Shown here: positions 61,910 through 64,000 of the stretch, piece after piece
Layout: every line of letters begins with the position of its first letter
Position numbering within the stretch: position 1 is the first letter of the stretch
NCBI GenBank assembly: GCA_950068325.1
Contig: CATMHQ010000001.1
Span: 12,433 to 76,432 of the forward strand
Length of the DNA: 64,000 nucleotides
Direction: 5' to 3'
DNA from: an uncultured Fidelibacterota bacterium
GTDB lineage: Bacteria; Fidelibacterota; Marinisomatia; Marinisomatales; UBA1611
The notes under the pieces: generated by a model
What the model saw: the letters and a program-made list of their open reading frames with translations, nothing else
The model's database searches: none
Told to the model about the DNA's origin: nothing
Made by a program: the position numbers and the translations under genes

Positions 61910-62623
61910 TTATCCCTTGGAATTTTGGGGTTTGACCAAAATTAAAAAAAATGCGGTTGAAAATCCCACTGCACTGAAGATCATACACATCACCATGATC
62001 TGGTACCGAACGGCAATAAGCGGTGAAATACCGGAAAGGATCTGTCCTGTCATCATGCCGGGGAGAGAAACCAATCCAACGGCAAAAAGTGAATTTGTTA
62101 TAGGGATCAATGCTGCCCGGAGCGCGATCCCACGGGATTCTAAATAGGAAACGCCGCGTTCCATTTCAGCTGCCAGTCGTTCCGCAGCCAGGCTCACGCC
62201 ATTCATGGAACTAGCGAAAATCATGCCTGCCAACGGAATCATATATCTGGGTAAAAACCATGGTGAAAGTTTTAAAACAAATTGTGTTACAATCAGGAGA
62301 TTTAATCCCCCACCGGCTAAAATGGATATTAATGCAAAATGAAAATACTCTTTTCTTTTTTGTGGAACGGTTCGCAGGGCAATCCAACTAGCGGCAAAAA
62401 CCATAACAGACAAAACTCCCACTGTAATGCTGGTATCGTCGGACTCAAATATGTAGGTGAGAAAATACCCAATCATTAAAAGTTGAGCTAACATTCGGAT
62501 TATTGCATAAATAGTGTTTTTCCATTCCAGTGACCATGCATGGAGGACCCCGATCACAAGACCAACAGGAATAAGTACAAGGATTAAACTGGAAAAAGGG
62601 ATGGTTGTGATGGATTCATTCAT
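61910..62623 (-). CDS. UPF0014 / FetB(YbbM)/STAR2-family ABC permease
   Basis: RMLAQLLMIGYFL, PRYMIPLAGMI, GLVSLPGMMTGQILSGISPLIAVRYQI. Confidence 0.88.
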   Translation of the reverse strand: MNESITTIPFSSLILVLIPVGLVIGVLHAWSLEWKNTIYAIIRMLAQLLMIGYFLTYIFESDDTSITVGVLSVMVFAASWIALRTVPQKRKEYFHFALISILAGGGLNLLIVTQFVLKLSPWFLPRYMIPLAGMIFASSMNGVSLAAERLAAEMERGVSYLESRGIALRAALIPITNSLFAVGLVSLPGMMTGQILSGISPLIAVRYQIMVMCMIFSAVGFSTAFFLILVKPQNSKG

Positions 62624-62658
62624 TATCTTATTTTGATTTCATTTTAATCTGTATTATT

Positions 62659-62792
62659 CACCACGAAGTACACCAAGAAACACAGAATATTGAAAAAAAT
62701 AGGGATATAGAAATTTTCAAAGACAAATTATGTTAGTATATAATTTCCACATTTTTTTATTTTTTCTTCGTGATATTTCGTGATCTTGGCGG
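62659..62792. repeat. Degenerate inverted-repeat element of CAC(G/C)AAG units
   Basis: Left CACCACGAAGTACACCAAGAAACACAGAA; right CTTCGTGATATTTCGTGATCTTGGCGG. Confidence 0.65.
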
Positions 62793-62823
62793 CTGATGAA
62801 TTAATGAGGTTAAAGAAATATCT

Positions 62824-63978
62824 TTATTCAATTTCTAAATTTATGAAATGGGTAGGCCCAGTTACAGGATTTACTCTTGCTATTATATTCCCCGGTAATC
62901 TCACTGAATAATTGGTCCACGCCTTTTGAAATTCATGCCGCGGATCAGGTGAATAATAATCCGTTGATATAAAGTGAGCACCACTATTTAGAGCTTTATC
63001 TCGTCGCGATGTATTTCCATTTCGGGCAGATTTTGTATCTGAATCAGCTCTTGTTCTTACAAGATATCCTTGAAAGACTCGTTTTGTGATATCTGGACTT
63101 GGTGTATTCATCCCTAAAAAAGCTGCTTCAGGGGTACCGGGAGACGCCTCAACAAACATGATTCTTCCCTTCAAACTTGGATGCCCTTCAATGTAATCAT
63201 TCATTACTCGCCCTTGGTTATCCAATCCAAACATTACTTTCCCTCTGGATTCACCCAGCGATGGCCAACCATCATTTAAGACTACTTCTTCAAGAGATGG
63301 GTTGTTTCCACGAATGTTATCTGGCGTAATTACATTATTCAAATCGGCTCCAAATACTTCCCGTATTTCGTCATCAATTGTATTCAATGCATCAAGACTG
63401 AATTCCAGTGGGCGTATAAATCCCAAAATTGATAATAATGAATGTTTATCGAACACACCTTCATCTTTTGCTTCAATTAAAATAAAGATCGGAACATGAT
63501 TTGGATTATTTTGTGACCACTTTTTCACTTCGAGCAAAGCGTCTTTAAATGTTAAATAATTTGTTTGAAAATCAATGTCGGGGAAATGAAGAACTTTTAA
63601 CCCGGGCTCTATCAGTTCAGGGAAATTGGGTTTAATAGGATCTTCAGTAACAATATTTCCCAAACGATGATTAAATAAACCCCCATCCGGATCATAATAA
63701 ACATCCAATTCAATTTGTCGTATTCCGGCTTGACTAAATTGTTGGTCTAACGGTAAATGGGAATAATCTAATTCTGCTGCGAGACTTGAATCAATTCTTG
63801 ATAACCATTTAAACACATTATCATCCATAGCTAATCGGTAACTATTGTGGCTGCCAATTACTTGAAGTTGATTAATTTTCAGATCATTTATTTCTTGATG
63901 AGTCAAGCTGGGAGTTTGACAAAATATATATTGAATGAAAAATCCAAGATAAATGAGATTTTGTAATTGGTTTTTCAT
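62824..63978 (-). CDS. Secreted Ca2+-dependent phosphoinositide phospholipase C-like protein
   Basis: NQLQVIGSHNSY, GIRQIELDV, HVPIFILIEAKD, YLVRTRAD, SGAHFISTDY. Confidence 0.85.
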   Translation of the reverse strand: MKNQLQNLIYLGFFIQYIFCQTPSLTHQEINDLKINQLQVIGSHNSYRLAMDDNVFKWLSRIDSSLAAELDYSHLPLDQQFSQAGIRQIELDVYYDPDGGLFNHRLGNIVTEDPIKPNFPELIEPGLKVLHFPDIDFQTNYLTFKDALLEVKKWSQNNPNHVPIFILIEAKDEGVFDKHSLLSILGFIRPLEFSLDALNTIDDEIREVFGADLNNVITPDNIRGNNPSLEEVVLNDGWPSLGESRGKVMFGLDNQGRVMNDYIEGHPSLKGRIMFVEASPGTPEAAFLGMNTPSPDITKRVFQGYLVRTRADSDTKSARNGNTSRRDKALNSGAHFISTDYYSPDPRHEFQKAWTNYSVRLPGNIIARVNPVTGPTHFINLEIE

Positions 63979-64000
63979 TTTGTTAAACCACCTCTACAAA

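Overview
A roughly 40% GC bacterial chromosome segment. The gene content (FlgD/T9SS-type C-terminal sorting domains, a dockerin-tailed peptidase, eukaryote-type citrate synthase, fused E1 alpha/beta dehydrogenase) suggests an FCB-group organism, plausibly Ca. Marinimicrobia (inference). Housekeeping blocks: LPS/wall glycosyltransferases, citrate synthase, nth, queD-yhhQ-folE, a lipoate/2-oxoacid dehydrogenase operon (lpdA-lipB-E1-E2-MTase-lipA), lon, tRNA-Val(TAC), csp, tdh-kbl-fucU, parAB-M23-bactofilin, the full F1Fo atp operon and aspS. These alternate with secreted-protein clusters (5.3-11 kb, 28-42 kb, 57.6-64 kb). Main observations: (1) three consecutive genes carry a 28-bp GTAG-type REP palindrome, translated in frame, at the same position of their C-terminal sorting domain, with covarying arms; (2) a secreted protein fuses a c-type cytochrome to a PHM/DBH-type copper monooxygenase with all six Cu ligands; (3) an AhpD/CMD-family gene missed by the ORF track reads through UGA in a CxxU motif with a SECIS-like hairpin, coupled to an APC permease and a VOC-cupin gene; (4) several families of small inverted-repeat elements lie in the intergenic spaces, some nested in one another; (5) several damaged genes occur, and fucU has an ATA start. 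No CRISPR array, rRNA, integrase or transposase was seen.
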